A program made the translations under genes and the position numbers. Shown here one piece after another: positions 20,336-30,371 of a stretch of DNA of 64,000 nt. The DNA is taken from IMG/VR virus record IMGVR_UViG_2974623408_000001, positions 32,001 to 96,000 of that record. One strand, written 5' to 3'. The number at the start of each line of letters is the position of its first letter. Position 1 is the stretch's first letter. The notes under the pieces were generated by a model that saw nothing but the letters and a program-made list of their open reading frames with translations, was not told the DNA's origin and searched no databases. This DNA is from a virus (lineage: Duplodnaviria > Caudoviricetes).

Positions 20336-21952
20336 ATGCCGATGGAACCAGCAGAAATTCGGTCGAAACTCTTACAGCGCACGATTCTTGACACGTACCT
20401 TCGCAGACAGAGACCACTAGTTCGTTTGTTCGACAAGGACTGGGAACAGGTCGGTATTCTTCAGGGTGAGGTCGAGGCGTCGTTCGAGTCACGCATGTTC
20501 GACACTGGTGAGGGCAACATCAAGTTGATGGGCGATCACAAGTGGCGCGAATGGCTTGTGTACGAACTGGAAGAAGAGGAAGACGTCCATATTGTTGTGG
20601 ACGTACCGGGGATTCGTTGGTCTGGCAAGGTCTCGACTATCCAGGACATCGAAACTGACAACGGTCTCAAATATGTCAACCTCACCATTCTGGACGATCG
20701 TGAGCACCTGAAGAAGATCATCTGCTACTCGAACCCGCTGTTCCCAGCTGAGTTCCAGTGGCCGAAGATGTTCCTGTGGGCTGGCCCTGCGGTGTTCGGC
20801 ATCAAAGCCATGATCTTCCTGAACCTGATGCGTCGTTTCGTTCCGTTCTTCTGGACGTTGCCGGAGAACATCTTTGACCCTGCGTCATGGCTGGCCAACC
20901 TGAACCCACTGAACTGGCCGATCATGGTGGCGCCTGGAAACTTCTTCACCGACACATCGATGTGGTGTGTTCTCACAACACGTTTCGGCAACCTGCACGA
21001 CGTCATCACACCCACGTTGAAGGACGCCGGATTGATGGTGACGACACAGCGCTGGCTACCAGGTGACCCTCAGCCGTTTAGCACACACGCTACAATTACA
21101 AAGCCCACGTTGATCTTTGACATCGTGGACAAATCTGGTGTGCGCGGACCTACAGGTACAGTGTTCGACGGTCTGTTGAAGCTGGGCCGCACAATCCTTG
21201 AGGATGGTATCAGTGAAGAGATTAGCATTCTGCCCACTGGTGAGGCTCCCGCTGGCTACGGTACGCCTAACACGTTCTTCACTGATAAAGATTGGCCATG
21301 GGTTGTATGGCGAAACGGTATGCGCACTGGCCTTTCCGGAGTGTCCTCTTGGGAAATGACGATACACAAGCCTCTGGCGGGGGCGATCGTCACAGGGGGT
21401 CGAAGCCCCGAGTGGGTCAACGCCGGAATTAAATTGCTACTCAACGCTGGCCTGGGATACTTGGGCATGCTGATAGGTAACCCAGCACTAGGGCTGGGCA
21501 TCTTCGAGGATCAAGTTACAGACGTTGTGCTGGCGTTCCACCGTATCCCGCACCCAATCCGTCAGGCTGCTATGGGTCGTGGTCAGTACGGTGAGGCGTG
21601 GGAGAACGCTGGCGGAACCGGATTCTCGTTGTCCGCATTGCAGGCGATCCGTACTGGTATGTGGAGAACGCGTGCGTACACCAGCTTCAAGGTCACCGTA
21701 GTCAATGGTGCTCCATACTGGGTAGGCAAGCACTTTACCCTCGGCGATCGAGTTGCCGCCGAGATTGGTACATCCGGCCAGCTGTACGTCGACCAGGTGA
21801 ACGCGTTGAAGCTTAGCTGGAGTCGCGATCAGGACCCTAAGTGGGAAATTTCTATCGGTGACGATGAGGCTGAGGAGGAGCGTGGTGCTGTTCTCGGGCG
21901 TCAGCTTGAGCAGGTCCGTGCGTTTGTCCAGAGTCTTGGAGTCGATTCATAA
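20336..21952 (+). CDS. minor tail/baseplate hub protein
   Basis: P.VRLFD..W, NPLFPAEFQWPK, APY..G.HF.LGDRV motifs. Confidence 0.8.
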   Translation: MPMEPAEIRSKLLQRTILDTYLRRQRPLVRLFDKDWEQVGILQGEVEASFESRMFDTGEGNIKLMGDHKWREWLVYELEEEEDVHIVVDVPGIRWSGKVSTIQDIETDNGLKYVNLTILDDREHLKKIICYSNPLFPAEFQWPKMFLWAGPAVFGIKAMIFLNLMRRFVPFFWTLPENIFDPASWLANLNPLNWPIMVAPGNFFTDTSMWCVLTTRFGNLHDVITPTLKDAGLMVTTQRWLPGDPQPFSTHATITKPTLIFDIVDKSGVRGPTGTVFDGLLKLGRTILEDGISEEISILPTGEAPAGYGTPNTFFTDKDWPWVVWRNGMRTGLSGVSSWEMTIHKPLAGAIVTGGRSPEWVNAGIKLLLNAGLGYLGMLIGNPALGLGIFEDQVTDVVLAFHRIPHPIRQAAMGRGQYGEAWENAGGTGFSLSALQAIRTGMWRTRAYTSFKVTVVNGAPYWVGKHFTLGDRVAAEIGTSGQLYVDQVNALKLSWSRDQDPKWEISIGDDEAEEERGAVLGRQLEQVRAFVQSLGVDS

Positions 21953-22155
21953 TGATCACGAAAGTAAGACGCTGGATTGGTGAGAACAATCACAAGATAC
22001 AAGGATACATCTGGATTTTTCTTGGAATTCCGACAATTGTGTGGTGGAAAGACTCTGTGCTATGGGTTGCGTTGATGAGTATTTACGCAAACGCTGAAGC
22101 ATCATTTTCCGCTGACCAGGCTAAAGAAGCTAGAAAAGAGAACAAAGACAAATGA
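21952..22155 (+). CDS. small membrane protein
   Basis: 67 aa, two hydrophobic segments, coupled starts/stops. Confidence 0.6.
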   Translation: MITKVRRWIGENNHKIQGYIWIFLGIPTIVWWKDSVLWVALMSIYANAEASFSADQAKEARKENKDK

Positions 22156-22793
22156 GTGACTGGCAGATGAAGACGCGACCGGAACCGCGTGCGAAGAAGA
22201 AAAAGCGTATACGACTTCCGGCGTACACGATGCCGCATCGCTATCTTCCACTCGTCCGTGGTGTACCGATGCGCGACCACAATCAACCGACAACGGCATC
22301 CACGAAGCTTCCGCCAATGAGCCTTCCGATCGAAGCGCAGAATTCCCTGGCCTACCATTTGGAAATGGCAGGACTGGTTCACGTGGAAGACTTGAAGAAG
22401 CTGGCAGACGAGAACGGGATGATTCATGTAGATCAACTCCCGCCAGTTTACTTGGTGCATCTTGCGCCGGAGCACGGCCCTGACATTCAATTGAATCCAG
22501 GTACATGGGTCACACCAGAAGAGGCCGCAGCACACGCAGTAGTCTCACCTCCTGTGACCGAGGTGGAACTACCAAAGACAGAGGAGATAGCTGATGCTTC
22601 GTACGAACAGCTGGCTGCTCTGGAAGCGACTGCTCGCGCGGCTAGAATACAGCGTATTCGTGAACAGCAAGTGGACGCTTTCGTGGAGCCAAATCCAGCA
22701 CCACCAGGGGACAATGATTCAGTGGACGTGTCCCGAGTGCCAGGCGTGGTGGATGATCAAGAACAAGGAACCGGACAAGTACCGTCTGATTAA
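22152..22793 (+). CDS. minor tail protein (DUF2744-like)
   Basis: LAYHLE..G and NPGTWV motifs; position. Confidence 0.6.
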   Translation: MSDWQMKTRPEPRAKKKKRIRLPAYTMPHRYLPLVRGVPMRDHNQPTTASTKLPPMSLPIEAQNSLAYHLEMAGLVHVEDLKKLADENGMIHVDQLPPVYLVHLAPEHGPDIQLNPGTWVTPEEAAAHAVVSPPVTEVELPKTEEIADASYEQLAALEATARAARIQRIREQQVDAFVEPNPAPPGDNDSVDVSRVPGVVDDQEQGTGQVPSD

Positions 22794-22827
22794 ACTACAG
22801 CGACACCATTTGCCGAGGAGGTGACTA

Positions 22828-24522
22828 ATGGGTACATCACCAGACATGTACATGCCGCCGAATGCGTGGACTGGTTCAACGATCTCTGATCTACAGGATC
22901 AGACAAAAGAAAACGCAGCCACCCAAGCTAACGCTGACGTCGTGGACATGATGGACGACGTCTTTGATGCGTTGATCGACAACCTTTTCGGTGGTTTCGG
23001 GGACATCGTCCAGGCTGTCGTAGCTGGCATCAACGACTTCATTGGTGACCTTGTAGAGATCTTTACCGATGTTCTCAGTGGTGTACCTATTATTGGTGGT
23101 GCTCTCGGGGACCTAGCTGACAGTTTGTTGGGTCTAAAGGAAAATGTCGATTCCAATACTGTTGTTGTGCAGCAAACTACAACGCAGATCGAATCAGTAC
23201 AGCAGATCATTGCTGTTCAGTCTGGTATTGGTGTTTGGGAATCAGGCCCTGACCCTACAGGTATGGTGTCTTTTCCGTTTGCGTACTTAGCGACGAATTT
23301 GCCATCAATCAGCATAGAAGGCGGCTCGCACGGCCACAATATTACCGGTAGCACATCAGCTGCCACTGCTGCAGGCGATTCGCACACACACAGCAACGGT
23401 TCTTTGTCTGCGTCCAGCTCATCACACTCGCACACAGCCACAGTTACTAACTCTTTGCCTACGATCAACGCTACAACGACGTACGCGCCATGGGCGTCTG
23501 TACGATTCAGTGCGACAGCGGAACGTAAAATGCTTCGGTATATCGCCGGTAAAACTGGAACTGTCTCGTCGTTCTATATTGACTTGTATAAGCAAGAAAC
23601 AGACGGAAGTTCCACACTATTGTATTCATCTCCCGATCAGTCGGGTATCGTAGTAGGAGCGATGGCCTGGCGTGAATTGAGTCTTGGATACACGATCAAC
23701 TCTAATATTGGTGATGTATTCGAAGTACAGTTTAGATCATCAGGTACCGGTTCGATTCAAATTGCAGGAATCGATTTTCCCTACTATGCACCTATTTCAG
23801 GTTATCGACCTTACGCTCCTGGATCAGCACGTAACGCCTCGTCTACGCCAGCGCCATCGACAATCGACACAGCGACACGAGATGCGATGTACGTAGGACC
23901 TACTCCGTTCGTGTCTATCGGTATCGATCCAGGTATCGTTATCCCACGATCGCATTACATCTCATTTGACAACGGTTCATGGGCAAACTGGTACAGATTC
24001 AACGACGCCAGCGGACAGAACCTGCGTATTAATGATGGTCGTGTGGATATCCCTGCACTTTCAGCAGACGGATGGCGACACGCTGTCTATCTTCTTTCAA
24101 CTGCGTCTGACAAGATGGAAACCATCTTCGATGTACTTGGAGTCGACAACGATCGTCCCGCTGGTGGCGGTATCTGCGCCACGGCCAGCGGTCTTAATGG
24201 CTGCTTGCTTATCGTCAACAATGCCAACGTGCGTCTGATGAAGATGACAGCCGCGGGCACAATGACCACACTTGCTACAAGTACCGCGATTAAAGGCACA
24301 GGCACTTACCGCGTGCAGTACGACCCTGCTACCAACAAGTTCATCGGGTACAAGGCTAGCGGATCAACGTGGACACAAGGGATCGAGTTCACGGACTCGT
24401 CGAACACGATCACTCATGGCGCAGCGAAGCGTTTCGGAACAATTTCTATCTATCGAAACGACTTCAACAGTGGTGGTGAGATCGATAACGTCTACATTCG
24501 TGACTACGATGATGACGAGTAA
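22828..24522 (+). CDS. minor tail protein / putative receptor-binding protein
   Basis: 564 aa; H.H.H.H repeats, beta-rich C-terminus; SD GGAGG. Confidence 0.7.
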   Translation: MGTSPDMYMPPNAWTGSTISDLQDQTKENAATQANADVVDMMDDVFDALIDNLFGGFGDIVQAVVAGINDFIGDLVEIFTDVLSGVPIIGGALGDLADSLLGLKENVDSNTVVVQQTTTQIESVQQIIAVQSGIGVWESGPDPTGMVSFPFAYLATNLPSISIEGGSHGHNITGSTSAATAAGDSHTHSNGSLSASSSSHSHTATVTNSLPTINATTTYAPWASVRFSATAERKMLRYIAGKTGTVSSFYIDLYKQETDGSSTLLYSSPDQSGIVVGAMAWRELSLGYTINSNIGDVFEVQFRSSGTGSIQIAGIDFPYYAPISGYRPYAPGSARNASSTPAPSTIDTATRDAMYVGPTPFVSIGIDPGIVIPRSHYISFDNGSWANWYRFNDASGQNLRINDGRVDIPALSADGWRHAVYLLSTASDKMETIFDVLGVDNDRPAGGGICATASGLNGCLLIVNNANVRLMKMTAAGTMTTLATSTAIKGTGTYRVQYDPATNKFIGYKASGSTWTQGIEFTDSSNTITHGAAKRFGTISIYRNDFNSGGEIDNVYIRDYDDDE

Positions 24523-24581
24523 TTGATCCAAATTGCACTTGGAAATAAGATAACAACCAGTTCCCACCGTAAGGATTAATC

Positions 24582-25016
24582 ATGGCCGTAACCGCGGGTA
24601 TCTACCCTAAGATGTTCGAGTCAGCTTTGCTCGAAGAAATCAAACTAGACACAGACACTGTTAAGGTAATGCTGTGCACCAGCGCATCGAATGCGTACTC
24701 AGGCCGCAACACCGTGAAGTACAAAGCTGACGTGACCAACGAAGTAACCGGTACAGGATACACCGCTGGTGGTGTGACACTGTCAGGTACTCGTATCTCG
24801 TCTGCGACCGGCGCTGTCTATACGTTCGACTTCAGCACCGACCCTGTTTGGACGACGTCCACAATTACTGCACGTTACGCGGTGTTCTACGACGACACCC
24901 CTACTAATAAGCCGTTGCTTGTATGGTGGGATTTTGGTCAGGATGAAATTTCCAGCTCGGGTAACTTCACACTTACCTTGTCGGCATCTGGTATCTTCAC
25001 ACTGACAGCGTCATAA
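24582..25016 (+). CDS. minor tail protein
   Basis: DT.KVML, NEV.GTGYTAGG.TL, ITARYAV.Y motifs. Confidence 0.7.
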   Translation: MAVTAGIYPKMFESALLEEIKLDTDTVKVMLCTSASNAYSGRNTVKYKADVTNEVTGTGYTAGGVTLSGTRISSATGAVYTFDFSTDPVWTTSTITARYAVFYDDTPTNKPLLVWWDFGQDEISSSGNFTLTLSASGIFTLTAS

Positions 25017-25049
25017 TCTAGCACCAATTCTATTTCTTGAGGAGGTGCT

Positions 25050-25331
25050 ATGTACGACTGCTATAACAAAGATCCTGACGCTGTTCTTGATTACGGCCTG
25101 GAATGGGACGACTGGGTGATTGGTGGTGACACCATTGTATCTTCCTCATGGGAAGTTACAGGAACAGACTCGTCACTCGTTATTGACTCTGACTTCCAAG
25201 ATGTACTGACGACAGGTGTGTGGCTCTCAGGTGGGACTGTAGGTTCGCTATACATTCTGACAAATCATATCGAGACATCGGCCGGTAGAGAGGACGATCG
25301 CTCTTTCAGTGTCTACATAGTTGAAAGATAG
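25050..25331 (+). CDS. tail fibre adaptor-like protein
   Basis: KDPDAVLDY..W, VWLSGG..G..Y..TN.I.T..GR.DDRS. Confidence 0.7.
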   Translation: MYDCYNKDPDAVLDYGLEWDDWVIGGDTIVSSSWEVTGTDSSLVIDSDFQDVLTTGVWLSGGTVGSLYILTNHIETSAGREDDRSFSVYIVER

Positions 25332-25334
25332 TCC

Positions 25335-25886
25335 ATGGTCGAGTTCGAAGCGCGCGAACGGGATGTGCTACGCGATGAAAGATATCATCGCGTAGACGCT
25401 GATGTGCGTTTCAAGAAAGTGCACTTCGAAGATCGCGGAGCGTACGCTCGAATCGGCGAAATGATCGCAGGTGTACTGGCCACGGGCGTTGGCGTAGCTC
25501 ACCCAGGTACGGTCACCGCGGGTCGATCTGTCACAGTCACAGGCGTAACAGCGACAGGTGTCGGAACCGGTCATCCTGGAAACATCTCGACAAACGAAAT
25601 CATCCCTGGAACACAGGCGGTCGGCGTAGGCGTCGCACACCCCGGCACGGTCACAACGACACGCGTGGTCAACATCGCCGGTCCAGTCGCCGTGGGTGTC
25701 GGTGCCGTGGGTGCAGGTACCACTGTCGCAGCGATTCGTAACGCGTCGGTTGCTGGAAATGTGGCCACAGCGACAGCCAACGCGTTCGTCGGTGTCGCGA
25801 CAGCGATCAGAAACAAAATCGTCTCAGGAGTGGTCGCTCAAGCGGTCGCTAGCGCACCAGCGGGAGAGGTTGCAACAACTTCGTAA
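25335..25886 (+). CDS. repeat-containing tail fibre-like protein, N-terminal part
   Basis: G/V/A/T-rich ~25-aa repeats; repeat continues in +1 frame. Confidence 0.65.
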   Translation: MVEFEARERDVLRDERYHRVDADVRFKKVHFEDRGAYARIGEMIAGVLATGVGVAHPGTVTAGRSVTVTGVTATGVGTGHPGNISTNEIIPGTQAVGVGVAHPGTVTTTRVVNIAGPVAVGVGAVGAGTTVAAIRNASVAGNVATATANAFVGVATAIRNKIVSGVVAQAVASAPAGEVATTS

Positions 25887-26868
25887 CGTCAACATCTCCG
25901 GTGTCGTAGCGACAGCCTCAGGCGTCGCTCACCCTGGTGACGTAGAAGACATGCTGCATGCCACGATTGCGGGTGTAGTAGCGAACGCTGACGGTGTGGC
26001 ACCTGCTGGAACTGTGCGTGTTTCGGACGGTGTCGCCGGTCTGCTGGCTGCAGCGATCGGTGTAGCCCCAGCAGGTACCGTACTTGCGGTTCGTAACGTG
26101 ACCCTCGGTGGAATTGTAGCCGCGGGTACAGGACAGGCTCCGGCCGGCACCGTGTCTGGTATTCGTAACCCGACGATCGCTGGTTTGATTGCTGGCGGAA
26201 TAGGTGCAGCGCCTGCAGGAACTGTTACTACCACACGCAGCACTGCAGTACCCGGTGTCGTGGCTACAGGTACTGGTACCGGCTATCCGGGAACGGTTGT
26301 TGCAGATTCTCCAGTCACCTACGACAACTCTACGTACAGTGACGGTTCAGGAACGACTAACCTAAGTCTTACTGTCGTAGCGAACTCTACTATCGTTGTT
26401 TACTCGGCTGGTTCGCAGCTCAGTGCTGCGACTGTCGACGGCAACGCGATGACTTTTGTCACTCACGGATCGTCTGGTGAGTCGACAATGTACGTGATGC
26501 ACGGAGTTTCAGCGGGATCGCACTCGATTCAGACTACGAGAAGCGGCAGCTCAGGACATATTGTTTCAGCAACTTCCTACACTAAAACTGGATCGGTAAT
26601 TACACATTCAAACGCCACAACTAGCAGCGGAACGAGCGTGACGCCTTCTGTCTCTCCTGCAGGTTCTAACGGAATTGTAGTTGGTGGATTCAACTTTGGT
26701 GCCAGCTCAGGTGAAATAGGTTCTGTTACTTCAAACGGAGACTTGAGAGTAAGATACCGACGAACTTCCGGAAACTGTCTGGGAGTATCCGACCGTTCTA
26801 GCACTCCGATAACACTGACTACGCCTTCGTCCGGAAGCTGGACTGCTATAGGAATTCGTCTAGTCTAG
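25879..26868 (+). CDS. tail fibre-like protein, C-terminal part in +1 frame
   Basis: Same repeat register resumes at CTT CGT AAC (LRNVNISGVVA); Ser/Thr-rich head domain. Confidence 0.6.
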   Translation, partial: LRNVNISGVVATASGVAHPGDVEDMLHATIAGVVANADGVAPAGTVRVSDGVAGLLAAAIGVAPAGTVLAVRNVTLGGIVAAGTGQAPAGTVSGIRNPTIAGLIAGGIGAAPAGTVTTTRSTAVPGVVATGTGTGYPGTVVADSPVTYDNSTYSDGSGTTNLSLTVVANSTIVVYSAGSQLSAATVDGNAMTFVTHGSSGESTMYVMHGVSAGSHSIQTTRSGSSGHIVSATSYTKTGSVITHSNATTSSGTSVTPSVSPAGSNGIVVGGFNFGASSGEIGSVTSNGDLRVRYRRTSGNCLGVSDRSSTPITLTTPSSGSWTAIGIRLV

Positions 26869-26932
26869 TAAAGATGCTGTAGCAGTTTGGTAAACGTACA
26901 GTAATTCTGTACTACTTTCATTGGAGACATTC

Positions 26933-27997
26933 ATGGCTGATCCAATTTGGCTCGCCGACGTTTTACGTGCAGCTGGACTACGATGTGAAATCTATCCAGG
27001 AGCGTTCAACAACGGTCACGGCGACTTCGGAAATATATGGGGTGTCGTCGCACATCACACAGGCAGCAACAACGCGTCAGCTGGTTCGATCGCGCGACAC
27101 CCGTCCCTGGGTCTTGCATCCCAGCTACACTTATCACGTTCAGGTGTCTACACACTCTGCGGTGTCGGTATCGCGTGGCACGCGGGCAGCGGTTCATGGC
27201 CTGGACTACCAACCAACGGAGCAAACCAGTACACCATCGGTATCGAGGCAGCCAACGACGGAACATCAGGCTGGCCAGCAGCGCAGTACGACGCATACGT
27301 CCGTGGTGTAGCAGCGATTCTCCGACGACTTGGGCACAACGAGTCACGTGTGATCGGCCACAAGGAATGGGGCAAGGTCCAGGGTAAGTGGGACCCCGGA
27401 GGCATCGACATGAATCGATTCCGCGCGGACGTCAAACGCCACTTGTCCGGTGCTGCAGCGCCAGCACCGAAGCCCGTCAATCTGATCGACCAGTACGCTG
27501 CGGACAAGAAGAACGCGTGGATTGGCAAGCGCGTCAATCCAGCCAAACTGAGTGTCGAGAAGGTGTGTCCTGACGGTAAGGGACGCTGGGTCGAGTACGA
27601 GAATGCTCACCTGTACTACCACCCATCCGAGGGCGTACACGCTATTCCACATGCTGACCCTGCCATTACAGGTTCAGGGTTGTTTGAGACTTGGGGCAAA
27701 GACTACCGCTGGGAGGGTGGACCGCTCGGGTATCCTGTGCGCGACTTCACCAAGCTACCTGACGGCGCGGTGCAGTCGTTCCAGGGAGGAGTTCTGTACC
27801 GAAAGGACGGAGCTTCACAGGGGTTCTACGTCACCGGAAAGATTGGTGATCGTTGGGCTTCCGAAGGATACGAGAAGGGACCACTCGGTTACCCTGTCTC
27901 GAATGAATACCCGTACGATAAGGTTGGCAGACGCCAGGACTTTGAGCACGGTTCACTATTGCACCACCCATCCGGCGCAATCAAAGTAGAAAGGTAA
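26933..27997 (+). CDS. lysin A: amidase_2 plus LGFP repeats
   Basis: VVAHHT, AWHAG, IGIEA, GHKEW..GKWDPG; GPLGYP/FQGG repeats. Confidence 0.9.
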   Translation: MADPIWLADVLRAAGLRCEIYPGAFNNGHGDFGNIWGVVAHHTGSNNASAGSIARHPSLGLASQLHLSRSGVYTLCGVGIAWHAGSGSWPGLPTNGANQYTIGIEAANDGTSGWPAAQYDAYVRGVAAILRRLGHNESRVIGHKEWGKVQGKWDPGGIDMNRFRADVKRHLSGAAAPAPKPVNLIDQYAADKKNAWIGKRVNPAKLSVEKVCPDGKGRWVEYENAHLYYHPSEGVHAIPHADPAITGSGLFETWGKDYRWEGGPLGYPVRDFTKLPDGAVQSFQGGVLYRKDGASQGFYVTGKIGDRWASEGYEKGPLGYPVSNEYPYDKVGRRQDFEHGSLLHHPSGAIKVER

Positions 27998-28002
27998 GAA
28001 CA

Positions 28003-28236
28003 ATGGGCGTTTTCGGTTACAAAGTATCTGAAATCCGTAAGGCAGTTGTCTCTGTTCTCGGCTTCGCAATCATTCTGATTACGTCGCTTGGATCGGAGTT
28101 CGGCGCGTGGTTCTCGAACGACACTGCCTTGACTATCAACTCGGTTGTCGGATTCCTGACAGCTGTATCGGTGTATCTCGTGAAGAACGAGAAGACTATC
28201 GATGCTCTTGACGGTGTAAACGTTCACCGTAGATAG
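28003..28236 (+). CDS. holin
   Basis: 77 aa, two TM segments, RKAVV...VYLVKN, directly after lysin. Confidence 0.75.
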   Translation: MGVFGYKVSEIRKAVVSVLGFAIILITSLGSEFGAWFSNDTALTINSVVGFLTAVSVYLVKNEKTIDALDGVNVHRR

Positions 28237-28238
28237 TC

Positions 28239-28676
28239 ATGAATATAGATCAGGCCAGACGTAAAGTAGAAGCCGCGGAAGAATTCATCCACGGCTCTAC
28301 TCTGGTTCTTTCATTGTTCCAGATTGTCTACGGTCTGATCCTGATATTCAAGGGCACCGGGTTATGGACTGCTGATATCTACAGGGTAGCAGCGTCCGTA
28401 CCTGGTGCTCCCACGTCCTGGGGAATTGTCAGTGTACTCCTAGGAGTTATGCTCTACATTACGCAACGAAAGAAGTATTATAGGCTAATCAAATGGACGT
28501 GTAGAGGGTCCGCAGTGTGGGCGATGTGGTTAGCAATTGCGTTTACGATTAGTGGCTTCACAACGGAAGATCAAGAATACGACTGGACGAGTGCAACCCC
28601 ACTAGCTGTGTACAGCACTTTCGCTCTACTGTTCATCCTTAGAGAACGTTTAGCGAGAGCATGGGAGACGTCATGA
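28239..28676 (+). CDS. multi-pass membrane protein (lysis cassette)
   Basis: About four hydrophobic segments. Confidence 0.7.
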   Translation: MNIDQARRKVEAAEEFIHGSTLVLSLFQIVYGLILIFKGTGLWTADIYRVAASVPGAPTSWGIVSVLLGVMLYITQRKKYYRLIKWTCRGSAVWAMWLAIAFTISGFTTEDQEYDWTSATPLAVYSTFALLFILRERLARAWETS

Positions 28677-29158
28677 GAACACCCTGGTCTGATTACGTCG
28701 ACCGACGCGATGGATTAAGCAAGCACGACAGACATTTTCGAAAAGTAAGTTCGGGTAGCTATCCGTACTACCGTCTTAGTGCTCTCTTGCTTGTTCTTTC
28801 GGCATTGATTCAATTTCACAAAGTACCTGCCAGTGTTGAACAGATCATGCCGGAGTACTTCTATTACGTGAACCCGGCTCTCCAGCTATTGGCTGGTGTA
28901 TTGATCGCCGCTGGACTATACTACAGACGAGACATCATCGGACTGTACATTGAACGGTCAGGTGTTGTCTTCGGTGCCACAAGCATGCTGGTGTACAACT
29001 GGATCGTGTTCAAGTATCAAGGATTCCCATCGGCACCTGGCGTGTGGCTGACGATCGCGTTCGGGCTGTACTGCGTATATCGTTTCTTTGAAAGCACGCG
29101 CGACATCAGAAACTTGGAGCGTATAGCGGAGCAGATTAAAGCAGAAAAAGAGGCGTAA
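28673..29158 (+). CDS. multi-pass membrane protein (lysis cassette)
   Basis: About four hydrophobic segments; ATGA overlap. Confidence 0.7.
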   Translation: MRTPWSDYVDRRDGLSKHDRHFRKVSSGSYPYYRLSALLLVLSALIQFHKVPASVEQIMPEYFYYVNPALQLLAGVLIAAGLYYRRDIIGLYIERSGVVFGATSMLVYNWIVFKYQGFPSAPGVWLTIAFGLYCVYRFFESTRDIRNLERIAEQIKAEKEA

Positions 29159-29535
29159 TGAACGGCGCAGCCCTAATACAATTCATTGCAGCCATTGGTG
29201 GTTCGGCGGGTTTAGCCACACTCATTTCTGTTATCGCTTCACGTCGCAAGAACTCGGCTGAAGTAGCTGAGATTTGGAACAGACTAACCAAGGATGCTCT
29301 CGAACGCGAAGAGAAAAGCAAGAACGAGATTCGTGCAGAGCTTGAGGCCATGCGTCGCGAACGCGACGACATCAAAGCACAGTTAAAGTCGAACGAACAG
29401 CAAGTTCGTACCTGCGGTCACAAGTACGACAGGTTGGCCGGTCTAACACGGCGCTTGATACTAGAGATGCCTAACGAAACGAAGAGAGCTGAGTACGAAG
29501 CGGCTCTCAAGTTTATTGATGACTCAGTGGCGTAA
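29158..29535 (+). CDS. membrane-anchored coiled-coil protein
   Basis: N-terminal TM segment then charged heptads. Confidence 0.7.
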   Translation: MNGAALIQFIAAIGGSAGLATLISVIASRRKNSAEVAEIWNRLTKDALEREEKSKNEIRAELEAMRRERDDIKAQLKSNEQQVRTCGHKYDRLAGLTRRLILEMPNETKRAEYEAALKFIDDSVA

Positions 29536-29734
29536 CGTCGACCCATTCCCAGGCTCCACCCATGAACGCTTCGTCCACGTCGATACCTTCGACTGGACGA
29601 TAGCGGTACTCAGTGGCCCATTGACGTCCACATTGTGGGCACACCCAGGGTTTTGCGTGCCACATCATGAGAAACCACCTCGGACGCTGTGGGCACGGTG
29701 TCTCTGAGGTGCAGAGACGTCTCTTAAACATCAT
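29513..29734 (-). CDS. small Cys-rich (Zn-ribbon) protein
   Basis: C...PCP.RP..FL...PW.C.QCG..W; paralogue at 57825-58016. Confidence 0.6.
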   Translation of the reverse strand: MMFKRRLCTSETPCPQRPRWFLMMWHAKPWVCPQCGRQWATEYRYRPVEGIDVDEAFMGGAWEWVDVTPLSHQ

Positions 29735-29831
29735 CGTCGCCTTTGGCTACTACTCGTATGACAACCGACAACGCTGTGAGCACCACGAGTGCACACAGCG
29801 TTATCAGCAGTCCTAGTTCAGGAACAGTCAT
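29724..29831 (-). CDS. 35-aa single-TM microprotein
   Basis: MTVPELGLLITLCALVVLTALSVVIRVVAKGDDDV fills the gap with overlapping ends. Confidence 0.45.
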   Translation of the reverse strand: MTVPELGLLITLCALVVLTALSVVIRVVAKGDDDV

Positions 29832-30163
29832 GTGATCCGGATGGTTGTAGACACTGACGGTTCTTTGTTGTACTGATCGTACGGCAGATCGGGATGATCG
29901 GCACGCAGTTTCTTCCAGTCGGTCCCGGTTACGAGTGATTCGTACACGGTCCCGAGTACTTGCTCGCCCTTCTTCAGCACCACGTCATGGTCGTCACCGA
30001 TGAGGTCGAGCAGGACGTCCTTGGCCGTCTCTTCCTCAGATGTGAGTCGCTTTTTCTCGTCCCGTATTTCACGGATGCGAGCGATCGCGTCCTCCATCTC
30101 CGGTGTGACCTGAACCGCTGCGCGGTCGATGTTCTTGTCAGAAGGGGGCTTCGTCATCGTCAT
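29828..30163 (-). CDS. hypothetical protein (coiled coil plus beta tail)
   Basis: SD GGAGG before ATG 30163. Confidence 0.6.
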   Translation of the reverse strand: MTMTKPPSDKNIDRAAVQVTPEMEDAIARIREIRDEKKRLTSEEETAKDVLLDLIGDDHDVVLKKGEQVLGTVYESLVTGTDWKKLRADHPDLPYDQYNKEPSVSTTIRIT

Positions 30164-30371
30164 CCTCCACACCCAGCAAATCCCCGAGTCGATCGGTTTC
30201 CTCAGCCATGATGTCACGAACGTGCTCGCTGATGAGACCAGTCTCCTCCAGTCTCAGGTACGCCAGCGCAACGGCTGACAACACCTTGAACATGTGCTCG
30301 TTGCCTGCGTCTCTGTTGACTTGTTCGACGAAATCGGAATCCTTGACTCCGACGTCCACCAAACTGGTCAT
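30138..30371 (-). CDS. small acidic hypothetical protein
   Basis: SD GAGGAGG, ATGA overlap with vWA gene. Confidence 0.55.
   Translation of the reverse strand: MTSLVDVGVKDSDFVEQVNRDAGNEHMFKVLSAVALAYLRLEETGLISEHVRDIMAEETDRLGDLLGVEDDDDEAPF

Noticed and set aside
25696-25878. GTG at 25696 as an independent gene start
   Set aside because: Its first ~60 codons are out of register with the fibre repeat; the frame only becomes repeat-like at 25879.
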